This document shows, piece after piece, positions 1-14,130 of a stretch of 64,000 nucleotides of DNA. The translations under genes were made by a program, and so were the position numbers. Origin of the DNA: Zygnema circumcarinatum SAG 698-1b (taxonomy: Eukaryota; Plantae; Zygnematophyceae); NCBI GenBank assembly GCA_037447605.1, contig CM074817.1, positions 2,170,001-2,234,000 of the forward strand, read 5' to 3'. Positions within the stretch are counted from its first letter, which is position 1. The number at the start of each line of letters is the position of its first letter. The notes under the pieces were generated by a model, which did no database searches, was not told where the DNA came from, and saw only the letters and a program-made list of their open reading frames with translations.

Positions 1-3000
1 CACTCTGATTGATGGTGCTTCCGAAACGATTTGAGCGAGAGCAGCAATTTTGGCAGCTTTGAGAGAGAGGGGATCAAAAAGGTCGGGATAGAGGAGGGGA
101 GCGAGAGGAAAAAGAGGTGACCCCCTTCGGCTTGTGGGAGTGTCAGCCAATCGGGTGTCAGCGTCAGTGGAAATAAGCCAGTGGACTGCCAGGTGGCGGA
201 AGATGAGAGGCTGGAAGGGCTCCTGCGTGAGCATAGCCAGACGGCGGACAAGCGGCTGAAGGTCACCTCGAAAAGAGTCCGAGTTGCGGTCCAAAAGGAG
301 GGAGTACATCCAAAGTACTGCCACGCAGACCCCACAACAAAGGCGTGAGAGAAGGTCAGAAGGAGACTCAGGCCTCTCTGTCTCTCTCTCCCTCACCCTC
401 ATTCTCACCCTCGCTCTACTCACCCAAAACCCGCCCACCTCCCCGGCCTTCTCTCCCACCTCCTCTACCCCTCCTCCCTTCACCTCTCCGACCCCCTTTC
501 CCGGATCCCCTACGCCCCTTCCCCATCCTACCTGTATAGGCCTTTCCGTTAACCAGTCCCCCTCCTCCCTCCTCCCTTCCCCCTCCCCCCATCCTCCCTT
601 TCCCAACCTCCCCCCCTTCTCTCACTCCACTCTCTTTCCCCCTCCCCCTCCCCCCATCCTCCCTTTCCCCACCTTCCCCCCTTCTCTCACTCCACTCTCT
701 TTCCCCTCCCCCTCCCCCCATCCNNNNNNNNNNCCCTCTCCCTCTCCCTCTCCCTCTCTCAGAACAAGAGCAGGCACAAGAGTAGGGCAGAGGAGGGTGC
801 AGAGTCTCCCTACAGGCATGGCATAGCAGCGGTCTGCTGCTGTGCAGGAGCGCCTCGCAGTGCGGGTGGTGCCGCAGGTGCGCCCCCCCCAGGCCCAGCC
901 TCCGCGAGAGGCGGGCGAGGCCGCCCAGGAGCTCCGCCGCCCCGCTCTCCGTCGCGAGCAGACTCGCTTCAAGCAGCGCGGAAATGGCCCTCCGAAACTC
1001 ACGCAACACTGCAATGGGGTTTAACTCTACACAGGTTTGACTTTATACATGTTTAACTTTATAGGGGTTTGACTTTACAGAGGTTTAACTTGATGGTTTG
1101 CTCGCATGTGTTGAGGGGAGGAAAGCGAGTTTGAGGTTGGCAAAGTGGGTATAAGCTTTGGATGCAGATCTTTGGCGAGCGAATCAACACATCCAAATGA
1201 ATTGAAACAAAGAGAAGAGAAGAGAATTGAAGAGAAGAGAAGAGAAGAGAAAGAGAAGAGAAGAGAGAAGAGACGAGAGAAGAGTAGAGAAGGGAGAGAA
1301 GAGAAGAGAAGAGAAGAGAAGACAAGTACAAGAGAAGAGAAGTAGAAGAGAAGAGAAGAGAAGTATAAGGTAGTCTAATATTTGTGAGCGGAAGGATCAT
1401 TTGAGCGTATTTGCGACTTGAGCACTCACCACTTGGAGTAACCTCTTGCTGTGGAATAGAGCTAAGACTTCCATGTGCAGCCCCTTGACTGGCCCAGAAG
1501 GTAGGAAGAGTGTACGGAGCCAAAGGCTGTGCTGTAGACAAGAGAGCTGGAAGAATTCCGGGAGAGTTTCTCCTCTGAAGAAGGGGTGAAGCCATAGTTG
1601 CCGTTGCTCGCACTGGGGGGCGAGGTTTGGCAGGGGAGGGAGAGAGGAGGGAGGTGACTTGTGGGCTGCTACCGGGAGAAGAATTTGAGGAGGGAGGGAG
1701 GGGAGGCGATGATGCTGAGGCAGCGGAGGGAGGAGATGTGAAAAACAAGTGAGTGGCAGCATTCTGCACAACAACGGTACTCTCGAGAGTGACAAAGTGA
1801 CAAAAACAGAACATGCATGCACCCTTTCAGCACTATTAACCAGAAAGGAGGTAGGTCCCTTCGAAGCTTCCATTGCACTGTACCTGCAGAGTGGTGAGCA
1901 GAAGTAGAAGGTACGCTTGCACTGCGGGAGACCGCTCGCTCTGAAGGAGGGAGAAAAAGTGACCTGCACAAGGAGCCAATATGCAGGGCCATGCCGTCTC
2001 CATGGCTCGCAGACTCTCACAGGAAGCACTGCGAAGACCTCTCTCAGAGAGACTGCTGTTGGGGCGAGAGGCCACGCTCAGAAGAAGCTCGATGAGAGCT
2101 TGAAGTTGGAGAGGGCAGCAATCCATGGCGTCTGCCTGTTGCCCACAGGTTTACCGGTTTCAAAGATGAGAATCCCCTCCCCTCTGAGTGACAGAGGGGA
2201 GGGGATGGGAGAAAGGGGGAGAGCGGGTGGAAATAATCATAGAACATGCTTGTTTCAGGGGATCGACATTGCAAGAACAAATCGTATATCTCGCCTACAA
2301 AAGGAGAGTGATTTTTTGGTGGTAAGGAAGGCAGCCCACCTCTATGAAGACTGCCGTAGCCATGACCATCATCTGCTGGCGAAGCCATGGCGGCATAGCA
2401 GCTGCCTCCTGCGGAGTGCTGAGTGAAGCTTTCAGGGCCTGCAGCACACGTGGCAAGCTCTGCTGTGCTGGCTCTCCCAGCAGCAATAATGCATGCTCCT
2501 CCACAAAAACAGCAAGTTGCAGCTGCACAATGGTGGGAGAATGGGAGAGGAGGTATCAAAGAGTTGATTTTTTTCAAAGCTGACGAAGACAAGTTGAGGG
2601 TGACGGGTTGAAAGTCAACCTAAAGTCAACCTAAGTGGCCATTACTAAATGCATTCCAAATCTCGTCGTCATATGCCCCATCCGCTATGTAGAAATGAGA
2701 CATATTATCATCCAGACTGCAATTTCCAGTTAAGATGACCACCTTAGAACTCCAATAATATCATCCTGACGTTTTCTCCATGAAGAAACGAAAAATTGGC
2801 GTGGAATAAATTTTTAAGTCGCCACATAAACAAGCTCAATTGATTTGAAAAGTTCTTTCCAACATTCTTCATAGTGAAATGGTCGCCTAATTATGCGGAA
2901 TGCACACAGTCGAGTGGTTGAATCCAAAAAGTGATCCAAATTGCCTAGTCGAAGCAACCATCTCTGCTTTCACTACAATTTGAAAAGGATCCAACGTAAG

Positions 3001-3908
3001 TGACGTTTCAAATCCTTCCCAAGCGAAAACAAACGAACCTATGATCCAAAGAAATGCTTTCCGTTGTTTTCGGGAGGTCCGCTTTAAATAGCTTCTCCTT
3101 CAGGTAAAACTCAATTGTACGTTTCCTTCTCTCGTAATCCCGAACTGATCTCTTTAGCATGAGCTATCGGACTGGGAGGTCAAGTATGGAGTGTAACCGA
3201 AGTGTCCAATCATCTCTAATTTACGATACTAACCCCATCACTTCTTTCAAATTTTCTGGAAAAAATGTTTGTTGCACCCACTATTCTTATATTCTGTCAT
3301 TCAAATTTTCAACCTCTTACAGTAACAAAACTGTTCAAGATGTCAACAAGGCCTCTGACGAGTAGAGCACGATAATGTAGCTCAATTCCAGGCTAGTATC
3401 ACGGAGACATATAAAAAAGGGGATCTTTTCGTTAAATTTCTTTCAAGGACTTTGCCCTACATAAACACGGGGTTGCGAGCTCTAGCTCTAAATTCGAACA
3501 TTAAAATAAAAAAAACGGCAATATACATGTTCTTCAGTTCCTAAGGAACGGAAATCGTGAAGTGCATGTGCAAATTAGATACTTTAATGTGGTCAACAGC
3601 GGAAGAAAAATCATCTCTTCTCTCCCACTGAATGCAGGGCTGAATCCTGAAGCAAACGGTGAAATGAAAGGTTTGAAAGGAGCAAAAGGCTCTCCCTTGG
3701 TGCAAAGAGATGCAGGAAACTCCATGGCTTCCAACAAGCTCACCTTCAAGGCGGCATCCCGGTCGCGGAGGAGCGCTCCGAGAGCTAAGTCCAAGAGCAT
3801 TGGAGGAGGATACGCCGCCTGCCATTTCTGCTGCGACTCTGGATGCGCGGAGAAGTCAGAAATGACCTGCTCCCATTCTGCAACACTAATCTTGGCGGAG
3901 GAATCCAT
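1..3908 (-). CDS. AP5B1: AP-5 adaptor complex subunit beta-1, 5' part; continues past the left edge
   Basis: Exons on minus strand: 3908-3744, 2522-2340, 2135-1884, 1763-1430, 1008-814, 317-<1; GT-AG with consistent phases (the donor at 813 is weak). Peptides WEQVISDF, LLDLALGALL, LRQQMMVMATAVF, LIELLLSVASRPN, ACESLRAMETAWPCIL, SERSPAVQAYLLL, PLLCHA, FRHLAVHWL and LFDPLSLKA are colinear with my recollection of plant AP5B1. Confidence 0.85.
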
Positions 3909-5019
3909 GGCTGTCTTGGAAGTGACACCTGGAGATCGTTCATCGGCTCAGAGAAGAGAGAGGGAGCGGGAGAGGGAGAGGGAGGGGGAGTGAGCACAGG
4001 AATCTGCAGGCATCCCAGGAGAGCAGGCTACGTGTCAATGTGCCAGCGAAGGAAGGGGCATGCAGGGCATGGCAGGTGCAGGCGTGGCCGAGCATGCTGC
4101 CATGGACGCAGACCTCCATGAGGGAGGGGAGGGAGGGAGGGAGGGATGGAAGCAAGGGGGGGAGCCAAAGGTGGAGCCTCCGCAACAGCGAACAGTTCTG
4201 GGTAACGGTACAAACAGATTTACATGGCTTACTTTTCCCGTTATCCAGTTTAGCAGTTGCTATTTCTATGTGGTAGATACACGTGGCATTCCAGTTTATC
4301 CAATTAAATTGTGCCACGTATGTTTTTTAGACACGTGGCTTATCTCCATTGGACAATGCTTCTTCGCAAGGCCTCAGAGGCGCCACGTCAGGCTACCGTA
4401 CGGTACTTTGGCCTTTTGCTGTTGGAAACAAAAAAGGTACGGCTCCGTTGAGGTAGCCGGGGGTTGACGATTTGGAACACAAATTTGCATGCTACTTATT
4501 ATTACATATTGTCAAATTCCAAAATCAGAATCAATACTGTGAAAATTTGGGTACCATTAGGGGAAAAGCTGTTTGATGAAACTCCCGGTCCCAGAAAGAG
4601 GCCCAGAAAAGAAAAAGCAAAATTCAGGCTCGGGCCAAAAATGAGAAATACGAACGGTAGGACTAAGGGCCACTTCCTCCATTGCGTTCATGGTCCATTG
4701 TTCATCGTCCAATTACGACTCGCCACGTATACATTGTTTGTACGTGGCAGATCGCGATTGGACGACGCTCCTCCATAGCTCGCAATTGAGGAAGGTCCTG
4801 AACTGGAGGCTGAAGCCATGGCCTGCCTGTGCCTGCCTCCATGTCTGGGGCTCGCCGGAGCTCGGGCCGCCATGGCGGGGCGGTGCTGCCAGCTCGCGCA
4901 ATAGGGCGGGGGGGCTGCTGGCAGGGGGAAGGTTTCTAGGGTTGGCGTGGCCGCGCAGAAGCGGCTCCGCTGCGTTGCCTGCGAGGACAGTGCAGGGGAG
5001 TGGCTCAAGTCAGGCAGCC

Positions 5020-8000
5020 ATGGCTGTAAAGGCTCTTCTTCGGCTCCCTCTGCCGCCCTCCTCGTCGTCCTCGTCGACCTCCTCTTCGGCCTCCTCCTCC
5101 TCCTTCCGCTTCAATAGCGTTTCAATTAGGAGGCTCTCACTACTGTGCAGCCGTCCTCAGTCTCCCTGCTTTCCGCACGGATCGCAGGGAGTTCAGCGTC
5201 GCGCAGAGGCCTCAGTAAAGCATTGCCGGTGGAAGGCTTTTGTGGGTGAATTGCTATTGAGTGGGAACACGGCGCATATCTCGGTGCATCGCTCTATTCA
5301 AGCGCGGACTATTGTGCCTTTGGCGCGGCTGGCATCCTCTGGTTCTGTAACGTCTGCTGGAGAAGAAGCAAACGGTTAGAATATAGACTTTTCATCTTTT
5401 GGACTATTTCCTTGTTTATGTCGTTGTTGTGTCAATTCCTACTGTAGATAGGCCACGGACAGTTGCCTGCGTGCATTTCCTTTAAATAAACCCTAACCTC
5501 CACTTGTGTTATGTTTCCAATTCGGAAGCTTTGAAAGCAGTAGAGGTTGCAACTGCTCGCAAAATATGTTGTGCGAGTCATTTATGATTTTCCTGAACTT
5601 GTCGCGTGATGTGTTGCCTGCTGTCGCCAGAGTTCTATGAAATCAGGAGAGGATTGGATCTCATATCCAAAAAGCTTGAGGCGATCATAGTCACCGCGGA
5701 TCTCCCGCGGCAAAAAGCTGTGATCGCTGATTTAGAGCAGCAAGGCGCACAGAGCAGCCTTTGGGACGACCCCACGAAGGCGTCGGAGATGATGTCGACT
5801 CTGACGGAGGCGAAGCAAACTGTAGCTGAACTTGAAGACTTTGAGTCGAAGGTAAGCCCCTTACAGTGTGACAGACAGTCAGTTTTCAGTTTCAGTTTTC
5901 AATTTTGATGCAAGCATATCCATATTTTTAGAGTTAACATGCTAGGACATGTTATTGATCAATAGCTTCTAAAGCAATTGAATGGCTTTGAATAGGGTGG
6001 CAGCCAGCTTGAGGAGATATTGTTGTTCGCGTTTTTAAGATATGAGGCATCTTAAGCTGCCTTTCTTAAGGATGTAGGAGCGAGAATAAGGGGGCTGTGT
6101 ATTGCTAATAAATATTGTTGATACCAGTGGTTTGAATGATTTGCAACAATTCCCTTTGAGTTTAGACATCGGCACAGCTATTTTTTAAATGACCTCGAAG
6201 GAAAAGTGAAGCGGAACTTTATGAATCAAGCTAAAGGAGCGAGTGCGTACTAAGAGTAACACTGCTTTAACGAGAAAACTGAAGGCATAGCAAAGCTTAC
6301 TGCAGACGCTCTGTTATCAGGATTTTTCCAGCTTTTGATTAGTCATGTTAATCATCCCTGTCATTTATTCTTCAGATGAGTATGGCATGAAACGTTTATC
6401 TGTGCCCTTGTTCCCTAGGGAAAGAACGTGGAATAGGAAAAGGATGGATTGTCTCGTAAGCGTAACAATTATTTAAAGGGAGTTTATTCTGATTTTGTGT
6501 TTCTTCTTTCCCACCATAGTATGCATCATCTCTAAACACCATTTATTTTGGGAAAAACCATCACACTTTGGTTTTCATACAGCCCTGATAAACTCCACCC
6601 TGAAGCATATGAAAGAAGGTATGCTACTTTCAATGAATATTGCAGCCAGGGGTCCAGTTTCACTTTTCAAATTCCTTGATTTGAGCTTTCGCTTTCATCT
6701 CAGGTTGCCAAACTGCAAAGGTAGTCTGAGCTCAAGCTGATCTTCTCCAAGCAGTCAGGTACAGGCATGCCTTCTTTCTTATGGACTAGACGATCAGTTC
6801 ACAGCCACTTCAACTTGCACATCACGGCATACTTCAATGGACTAGAGGTAGATAGGTCTAATTTCAGTGTGCCTCTTTCTATCCCAACCGCAAGGAAGTA
6901 TGATTTTCTGAATGGATTGATTTCTCTTTCTCTTTGTTCGACACCTCAAAAATCTTATTATCAGGACTGAGAACGAGCATCTCTGACCAACTAGTGATGG
7001 TGAACGCTGTCAATGGTGCAGGCAGAAGAGATCCGAACCATTGTGGAGCTGGTGGAGAGCGAGCAGGTCCCTGATCCGAGCCTTTTGGAAGAGGCGGGAA
7101 GCATCCTGCAATGGTTGCAGGGTGCAGTTTCTCGATATGAAGTGGCACAGCTTCTCTCCGGCCCATACGATAAGAGGAGTGCACGGATAACAATCAATGC
7201 CGGTGCGGGAGGCACTGATGCTCAGGTATCTTATTGGTCTTGTTTGCAGTCTTCTTCTTGGTTGTGATGATTGTGGAATTAGGCCAAATCTGCATACTAG
7301 GTTAAGCATGTTTGGTTCTAGTGGACAGAGCGGATGGCGGTCTCTAGGGGGGGCTCTTTTTGTCATGCAAGTGAGAATTTATTTTGAAAGGTGAAAGGTA
7401 TATACTTTTCAAGGGAACTGAAGGTCTCCTGAAGGAATGAGCAAATGCACTCGTTTGTAGCTCATGCGTTTTTTTCCTTTGTTGCACATTGAGCTAGGTA
7501 TTTGAAACTTCCTCCGTTCTTTTATTGAATAAGTTAAGCCAGAACACGTTTTGAATGTTCTATGTGCAAGAGGGAAAGGTTCCCTTTGCTTGAAGCGGGA
7601 ATGGTTGCTGGATATGAATATTGCAGCTCAAGGTGCCATGATGGCTCTTCGTGTTGAAGTCTCTTTCTGCACGGTGTGAAACGCTCGCAACCATGAATTT
7701 TCTCTATGCATACTTTTCTCCTTCCATCAAGTAACCTTTCAGGCGAGATGTTATCTCTTGGAGCCCCTTCTCTGCGTAAAGTTGCGGGGGGTCTGATAGA
7801 CCCTTCAGTTTCCTCATGTAGGACTGGGCAGAAATGCTCCTTCGGATGTATACGAGGTGGGGGGATCGCAATGGCTACAAAACTGGAGTTGTGGAGAGGT
7901 CAGATGGAGAGGAAGCAGGGCTGAAATCTGCGACTTTGGAGGTTGAGGGACGTTTTGCCTATGGCTATTTGTCGGGTGAGAAGGGAACACACCGGCTTGT

Positions 8001-8884
8001 GAGGCAATCCCCGTTCAATTCCAAGGGCCTTAGACAGGTGGGTGGCTCTTGATACTGTTGGTATACTGATGCTGTCAAACTATTGGAGATAATTATGGAG
8101 TGTAAAAGTGTAGAAGTTAAGATATTCAAGCATCCGCGAAGAGGAAGCTTGTCTAGGGCTGAGTTTATCTGAGTCTGCTTGAGGGAAATGCCTCAGCTTT
8201 GTTGAAGTGCTGTGAGTGATGAAAGTTGAAGAGAAATGGGCTGTTTGTTCGTGGCTGTTTCCAGACGAGCTTTGCCGGCTTGGAAGTAATGCCTATCCTT
8301 GAGGAGGACAACCTGAATGTGGACATTCCTGATGAGGATTTGGATATCAGCACAATGCGCGCGGGAGGGAAGGGGGGTCAGAATGTGAACAAAGTGGAGT
8401 CAGCAGTTCGCATTACGCATCTGCCAACAGGAATTGCAGTCAAGTGCACAGGTACATGCCTCCTTTCTCTCTCTCGACCCTAAAAACCCAAAAGCCTCCC
8501 TCCCTCATGGAATGTGTGAGCAGAGAAGCAAAGTTTGCTCTATTGAAACTATGGTTGACTGATTCGAAGCCATGCATTGCTTGTGCAGAGCAACGGTCCC
8601 AGCTGCAAAATAAGGCCAAGGCTCTGAGCATCTTGAAGGCCAAGCTGCTGGTGATAGCGCAGGAGCAGAAGCTGGCAGAGGTGAGGGAGATAAGAGGGGA
8701 CATGGTGAAGGCGGAGTGGGGGCAGCAGATCCGCAACTATGTGCTCCATCCCTACAAGATGGTCAAGGATGTGAGGACGGGAGTCGAAACTTCGGATGTG
8801 GCGGGCGTGCTGGACGGAGACTTGGACGAGTTCTTTCAGGCCTACCTTCGCCACAAACAAACTGCGCAGCTCGAAGCTTCTTGA
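5020..8884 (+). CDS. prfB: Chloroplast peptide chain release factor 2 (PrfB1/HCF109-like)
   Basis: Exons 5020-5374, 5631-5851, 7022-7225, 7822-8037, 8265-8451, 8589-8884. Ser-rich transit peptide; [19 protein letters not shown]; SPF anticodon-mimic motif (RQSPFNSKG); GGQ motif ([15 protein letters not shown]); [18 protein letters not shown]. Confidence 0.96.
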
Positions 8885-10576
8885 CCTTGTGGCAGCCTGT
8901 TCCTGTGGTGAAATCAGCCCTTATTGGTTTGGGAGCGTAGGCCTAGTTGGGGATGTCCTCTTTACTTTTTGCCGACATCACGGTTTCGTGAAAATAAGGC
9001 GTGAGCGGTTGCAGAAGTGATCGACATGTTGCCATGCATGCCCATGCCATGTTTATGGATGCCACGGAGTTTGTCATACGACACATACATACAGACACAC
9101 ATACCGGTATACAATGTCATGTGTCATGTCATGTGATATACATCCATGCACTTGACACACATGCATGTCTGTCCACGTGTCCCTAGGAGCGGGCTGAGCG
9201 CGTTTCGCAGACGTGGCGCCAACGTGGCTGCTGCGTCGACGCTCAGGACAAACTCTCACCACTTGTGTGCCGCCACGTGGCAACCAAAAGTGCGGCACAT
9301 GCGACTGCCATGCTGGTGCGCATCCGTACATGTTCGATTGTGTACGGACGAAACTCGCCGTACGGACGACGTGAAACAAGGGGATTTGCGGGGTTGAAAA
9401 TCTTGCACGTGACGAGCGCTGATTGGATGTCGGTTGCGTCGGTCACATAATCGGTCCGATCGGACGGTCCACTGCAGCGCAGGGGGGGCGTGGGGTGGAC
9501 GACCACACGCCACGTCGAGACAAATCTGCCACTCTTATTAGGGCCACGCTGGCAATTTGACCAGCGAATGGCTGCGCGTCACGTAGTGCCACTTGCTCTT
9601 GTCGTAACGAAAACTACAAAAAGGTTGGCATGGGCAGCGTCAAACTTTTGGCGGGCATTGCTACAGCGCCACGCGTCAACGGGCAACGGGAAATAACCTT
9701 CCTGCGCCACAAGATCATGGTTTCGTACCGCAGTGGACAGAACTGTGAAACTTTTCACACCGTAAAATGTGTACATCTGTACGGCGGCCAACCGAAGGTC
9801 CCTTCAAGCTAAAGCCAATCGAAGTGTGCCACGTGTGACGTGTCTGACGTGACAGTCTGCGATTGGCCCAGTCGAGAGGGGGTTTGGGAACCCGCCCGCC
9901 GTCAGCAAACCACAAACTCGACCTCGGATATTCGCCTACATATGACGTCACCAACGTCAGAAAGTTTCTCAAAGGCCGCTCTACGCGCTTCCAAGCTGCC
10001 CGCCAGGTGTGTTTGTCGGATTTCCTCGCGACAAACCTGGTTCGCAGAAAATTCGGCTGACCGGTACGAATGCGAGACGCGGTAAAGCGACGTGTCTGAT
10101 GTGAACCAATCACAGCGCTCGAAAAGTTCACCGTGGCAGAATGCGGAAATCGACAAAATTCGCATACTCCGAAAACTGACAAAAACCTGACGTGATTGAC
10201 GTCACGAGGGGAACCTAGTATATGGCGGCGAAGTTTCTCAGTGCCCCATGATGACGTCAGCGCCCGCCCGCCCGCCCGCCCGCCGCCGCCCGTGGCCCTG
10301 TCAGGGGTGCTGCTGCTGCCACGCGGCGCCCTGTGCTCCTTCCAGAACCTTCCGCGAGTCGAGCGAAAGGTCACACTTATTTATACTTATGCACTCAAAC
10401 AATTCATTTCAATTGTCACTTCAGAATTGCAAGCTGTGCTCGTCTCTCTGTTCAAGAAGTGGAGGCTTCATCGTTCTTACTGTTTCAAGCAGGAGAGAGA
10501 GAGGAGAGAGCAGGGAGAGAGAGGGAGAGAGAGCAGAGAAAGAGAGGGAGGGAGAGCAGAGAGAGGGGGAGGCTTA

Positions 10577-11855
10577 ATGGGCGCCATGGGAGAAGTGCAA
10601 GCCTTCAACGCGATCGGCTACGCAGCGAGAGACACGTCCGGACACCTGTCACCGTTTCCGTTTAATCGCAGGTAACGACCATCGGGAAGTCGCGTTGATT
10701 TGGCGGGGGGGGGGGGGGGNNNNNNNNNNGGGGGGGGGGGGGGAGAGAGGGAGAGAGGTAGGGAGAGGGGGAGGGGACGGGGGAAGAGAGTGGAAGAGAG
10801 GTTAGCGGAGGCAGAGGGGAAGGGGGAGCGAGAGCGAGATAGGGGGAGGGGGAGGGGAAAGGGGAAGGAGAGAGGAGGGAGAGAAAGAACAAGTGTGTTT
10901 TGTAAGTGTTTGCGGAAGTGGGTTTTTATAAGAAGGGGGCGTTGGTTCGTGGCAACACTTGCCAAAAAAAAGAATCGAGCTCTTTTCTTTTTCTTCGATT
11001 CTGTTTCTCGAGACTTCGAATTATATGACATGACATTGAAATCAGTACTGCTTCTTCTTCTGCTTTTTTAATTATAGATCTTGCAGTAAACTAGTTGGGC
11101 TTCTTCTTAATCTTAGGCTTTATTGTGGTGATCTGGTGATGACAGGGATGTGGGCCCCAACGATGTTGAGTTCGATATTAAGTTTTGCGGAATCTGTCAC
11201 AGTGACCTGCATCAGATCAAGAATGAGTGGGGAAATGCCTCGTTTCCGATGGTGCCCGGGTAAACCCTCCTTGTTTTACCGCCTCTTTTTTCCAATTCTA
11301 TAAACAGCTGATCTTTGTCGAGCTGCATCCAAGCACTTCATGTGGTTCACTTTTCCTTTTTCTTTTTCCTTTCCCTCTTGTATTTCCTTCAATAGTCGGT
11401 CCTTTCTCTCAACCTTCCTCATTCGTTTCTGATTATTAGTTGGAGGCGAATTGCTCCCATTTTTGCTGCTGTGTGCCCACCCACAGGCACGAGCTGGCGG
11501 GAGTGGTGACGCGAGTGGGAGAGGCGGTGACGTCATTCCGCGTGGGAGAGCATGTGGGAGTGGGCTGCCTGGTGGGCTCCTGTCACACGTGCGACGCGTG
11601 CGAGAAGGATTTGGAGCAGTACTGTCCGAAGGGGGTCTTCACCTACAACTCAACGGACAAGGACGGGACCACGACCTATGGCGGCTACTCCAACAGAATG
11701 GTCTGCGATGAGAAGTGAGCATATCTCCCTCTCCTTCTCTCTCACACATGCCCTTCTCTCTCTCACTCTCTCTCTTTCTCTCTCTCTCTTTTTCTCTTTC
11801 TCTCTCTCTTTCTCTCTTTCTCTCTCTCTTTCTCTCTTTCTCTCTTTCTCTCTTC

Positions 11856-11908
<53 letters not shown>

Positions 11909-14130
11909 CCCCCCCCGCCCCCCTCCGTCGCACCACTCGTCCCCCCTTTTCTGCCCCTCTCCCCCCCTCTCTCTCTCCTACTCCCTCCCTCCCTACCTTT
12001 CCCTTCCTCTCTCTCTTTCTCTCTCTCTCTCTCCCTCGATTCCTATCCTTCGGCTTCCCCCTTCTGCGGCATCCCTTCTCTCTTTCTGCTTCCCTCTCAC
12101 TCCTTATAGTTTGCGATGAGGAGTGAGCCTCTCGGCTTGCATTGAACTGGAGGAACTCTCTCTCAATCTCTCTCCCGTCTCTCTTTTTCTCCCCATCACT
12201 CCCTCGCTCTCCTCTCCCCCCGTCTCCGGGTCTTGTCATATCTCTCTGTTCCTTGTCATTCCACGAGATATCCATTAAATTCAATTTTAAAATGCCTCAT
12301 GAAATGGGACTTTATCAAGGCATGATTCTGACTATTCTGAACATTTTTGGATGCTTTTTTTTGTTCAGATTTGTCCTTCACATTCCCGATAACCTCCCTC
12401 TTGATGGCGCTGCCCCTCTCCTCTGCGCCGGAATCACCGTGTACAGCCCCATGGCTCACTATGGTCTGAACGAGCCCGGGAAGACTATTGGAGTGATTGG
12501 CTTGGGAGGTAGACTCCCACTCTCTCCTTCACATCTTTCATATTGTTAACACAAGTTGCCCTATGCCGGATTTACGCTCGTTGGTGAAAGTACGGCTTAA
12601 TTTTAATTATCAATTAAAATTAATCAATTAAAATTATTGAGAGTGACTCATTTTCACAGCTTAGAAGACCTGTTTTAAGGGCTTGCAACCTAAAATGGGT
12701 ACCGGTAAATCAATAATTGTTAGAAAAGAAACCTAACTTGAAAGTTTATAAGTGAAAACTGAGGGTTTGGTTTATTTTGTATGTGGAGGAAAACAGGTTT
12801 GGGTCATATGGCTGTGAAATTTGGAAAAGCTTTCGGTATGAAGGTGGTGGTGATCAGCACCTCTCCCAAAAAAAGGGAGGAGGCCCTCACCGTGCTGGGA
12901 GCGGATGAGTTTTTGGTCTCCAAAAATCCTGAGGAGATGAAGGTGAGCTCGGGCAGACTTTTTTTGCTGCAGGCTGCTTAAGATATGAGGAAATTCTACT
13001 AATTAAGCGAAGGGGAGATTCCTTCCTCCCACCCTCCCTCCTCTCCGCTCCCTTCCCCTTCCCGTGCCCCTCTCCTCTCCCCTCTATCCCAACCCCCATC
13101 CCCCCTCCCCCATCTCCCCCTCCCGCCTTCCCTGTCGCTTTCCCCTCCCTCCCTCCCCCTTCCCCCTTCCCCCCCTCCCTCCCTCCCTCCCTTCTCCCTC
13201 CCTCCCTCCCTCCCGCCCCTCCCTCCCCCCTTCCCCCCCTCCCTCCCTCCCTCCCCTTCCTCCCTCCCTCCCTCCCTCCCTCCCCCCTTCCCCCCCTCCC
13301 TCCCCCCCTTCCCCCCCTCCCTCCCTCCCTCCCTCCTTCCCTCCCTCCCCTCCCCCCCTCCCTCCCCTTCCTCCCCCTCCCCCCTCCCTCCCTCCCCCCT
13401 CCCTCCCTCCCTCCCCTCCTGATAGGAAGCGAGGGGCGGTGTCCTGCAGGCGGCGGCGGGCACTCTGCACTACTTGTTGGACACAGTGAGCGCACAGCAC
13501 AACCTTTCGGAGTATCTCTCTCTGCTCGCACTCGACGGGAAACTCGTCGTCGTGGGAGTCCCCCCGGAACCCTTCAACCTCTCGGCGGGCGAGATCATCT
13601 TCGGTCAGTTTCGGCGGTCTCTTTTATTTATTTATTTATTTATTTTTTTTTTTTGGTTGGTGGGAGGGAGAGGAGAGGGAGATGATCACTTTCCTCGTTT
13701 TTTGTTCAATGTTTTTTTTTTTTTCGAGGGGTTGGGAGATGACTTGGAGGAGGTGTGGGGAGAGCTGCAGGGAGGAAGATGATCGCAGGGAGCTTGATTG
13801 GAGGGATTAAGGAGACGCAAGAAATGTTGGACTTTTGTGGAAAGCACAACATTGTTTCGACCATTGAGACAATCAACATCGACTATGTGAACACGGCCAT
13901 GGAGAGACTCGTGAAGGTACGGACAGCAACAAAAACTTGAAAGCATGAAAACGTGGACCTAAGGTTTGGAGGTGAGCTCTGTATGGAGGCAGGTCACGAA
14001 GATTTTAAAAAATTGCAATTTCTTTTGTCAGAAATTTGTCAATTGTTCATTTTCTGATACTGATTTTCTGCATGTGCAGGCGGATGTGAAGTATCGGTTT
14101 GTCATAGACATGGCGAGCCTTCAAGCTTAA
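10577..14130 (+). CDS. CAD: Cinnamyl-alcohol/mannitol dehydrogenase-like Zn-dependent MDR (CAD family)
   Basis: Exons 10577-10671, 11146-11259, 11487-11714, 12369-12508, 12797-12942, 13450-13603, 13771-13916, 14080-14130 (alternative ATG at 10586). Motifs CGICHSD, PGHE, structural Zn [44 protein letters not shown]. Confidence 0.95.

Noticed and set aside
61-180. Apparent frameshift in the last visible AP5B1 exon
   Set aside because: Base-by-base re-reading shows an open frame from 317 to position 1.
284-826. 180-aa Pro/Ser-rich ORF and similar long ORFs at 11552-12284, 12887-13531, 26052-27097, 37022-37569 and 54916-55283
   Set aside because: Translations of intronic microsatellites within modelled genes.
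5020-5851. Programmed +1 frameshift typical of bacterial prfB
   Set aside because: The spliced frame is continuous and has no CTT-TGA slippery site.
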